Source: Mobula hypostoma (lineage: Eukaryota). From it: 64,000 nucleotides of DNA. How positions within the stretch are numbered: position 1 is the stretch's first letter; the number at the start of each line of letters is the position of its first letter. Made by a program: the position numbers and the translations under genes. Location of the stretch: the NCBI RefSeq assembly GCF_963921235.1, contig NC_086109.1:15812001-15876000 (forward strand). Direction: 5' to 3'. The notes beneath the pieces were generated by a model. The model searched no databases, had not been told where the DNA came from, and was given only the letters and a program-made list of their open reading frames with translations. Positions 63,311 to 64,000 of this stretch are shown piece by piece.

Positions 63311-64000
63311 TGTAATATTGATGTGACTTGGACACTGCTGTAGATTGAACAACCATGTTTATTCACCAGGCTTCCATTTTTACTTCTGCACGTCCTGACA
63401 TCATACGCACACTGATGCTACAAACACTCACACAATACCTTACATCCCCCTTCTCAAGATTTTTTTTTCTTTTTACAACACTGCCAAAACAATGCCTCTA
63501 GGTTTGCCCTTCTGACAGTGCAACAACCATGACATAAACTAAAAAAAATCTTACCTTTTTGTACTGTATTCTGCATTGTATCTTACAATACTAACAGCAG
63601 TGTATTCTCTTTTACTTTCTTTTCTTCTCTTAGACTAATAAACTTTTTATTTCACATGCGTGACTTTGCCTCAAACTGTATGTCTAGTCTCTGTATCTAG
63701 CTGGAAGTTTGACCTGTCTCCCAGACCGTGTGTGATACAACTGTGACTGTGTTTGTCCTTCACCAGTGTCAGTCTCTCGACTGACCTCTGTGTTTTTGGG
63801 GTCTGCATCACTCTTGGTGTCATTTGTTTCCATGTCTGTATCTGTGGAAATGTCCTGTGTATCTGTACATAGAAACTCCCTCTCGCCTGTCTTCAGCAGA
63901 TGCTTCCTGTTCCTCCTGTAGACTCTTCCATCCGGCGTGCGAACTATGAAAGATCTTGGTTGCTGATGTCTGTTCACAACCACAGCTGGTTGCCAAGTGT
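63311..64000 (-). mobile_element. 3' end of a Ty3/Gypsy LTR retrotransposon (runs off window)
   Basis: 134-bp LTR 63311-63444 with TGTAA...TTACA termini and antisense AATAAA at 63358; polypurine tract gagaaggggga at 63445-63455; integrase C-terminus upstream. Confidence 0.9.
63684..63998 (-). CDS. Gypsy pol C-terminus (integrase tail), partial
   Basis: Frame open to window edge: TWQPAVVVN..PRSFIVRTPDGRVYRRNRKHL..TRSGRQVKLPARYRD*. Confidence 0.85.
   Translation of the reverse strand, partial: TWQPAVVVNRHQQPRSFIVRTPDGRVYRRNRKHLLKTGEREFLCTDTQDISTDTDMETNDTKSDADPKNTEVSRETDTGEGQTQSQLYHTRSGRQVKLPARYRD

Overview
This is repeat-dense eukaryotic (vertebrate) non-coding DNA, most likely intronic or intergenic. 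The repeat repertoire (CR1 LINEs, Rex1/Babar LINEs, V-SINEs, DeuSINE-like SINEs, Penelope-like elements) points to a cartilaginous fish, probably a ray; this is inference from recalled repeat families, not a search result. I could not recognise any host protein-coding gene, tRNA, rRNA or CRISPR array. Nearly all long ORFs in the track are decayed transposon ORFs or their antisense frames. Well-supported items are many CR1 and Rex1 fragments, three Tc1-like deletion derivatives, an 80-bp hAT MITE, several solo LTRs, the 3' end of a Gypsy element, two I/Nimb-type LINE ends and RTE-derived non-autonomous elements. The most interesting signals are: (i) Penelope-derived repeats carrying a minimal type I hammerhead ribozyme motif, often as inverted pairs; (ii) a nested insertion cluster at 59.7-62.0 kb where two different I/Nimb LINEs share one 13-bp target; (iii) an old ~17-bp minisatellite split into three by nested insertions; (iv) a 30-bp templated insertion; (v) weak candidate short exons. 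Boundaries of old repeats are approximate; those given with target-site duplications (TSDs) were read base by base. I found no convincing wholly new biological system.
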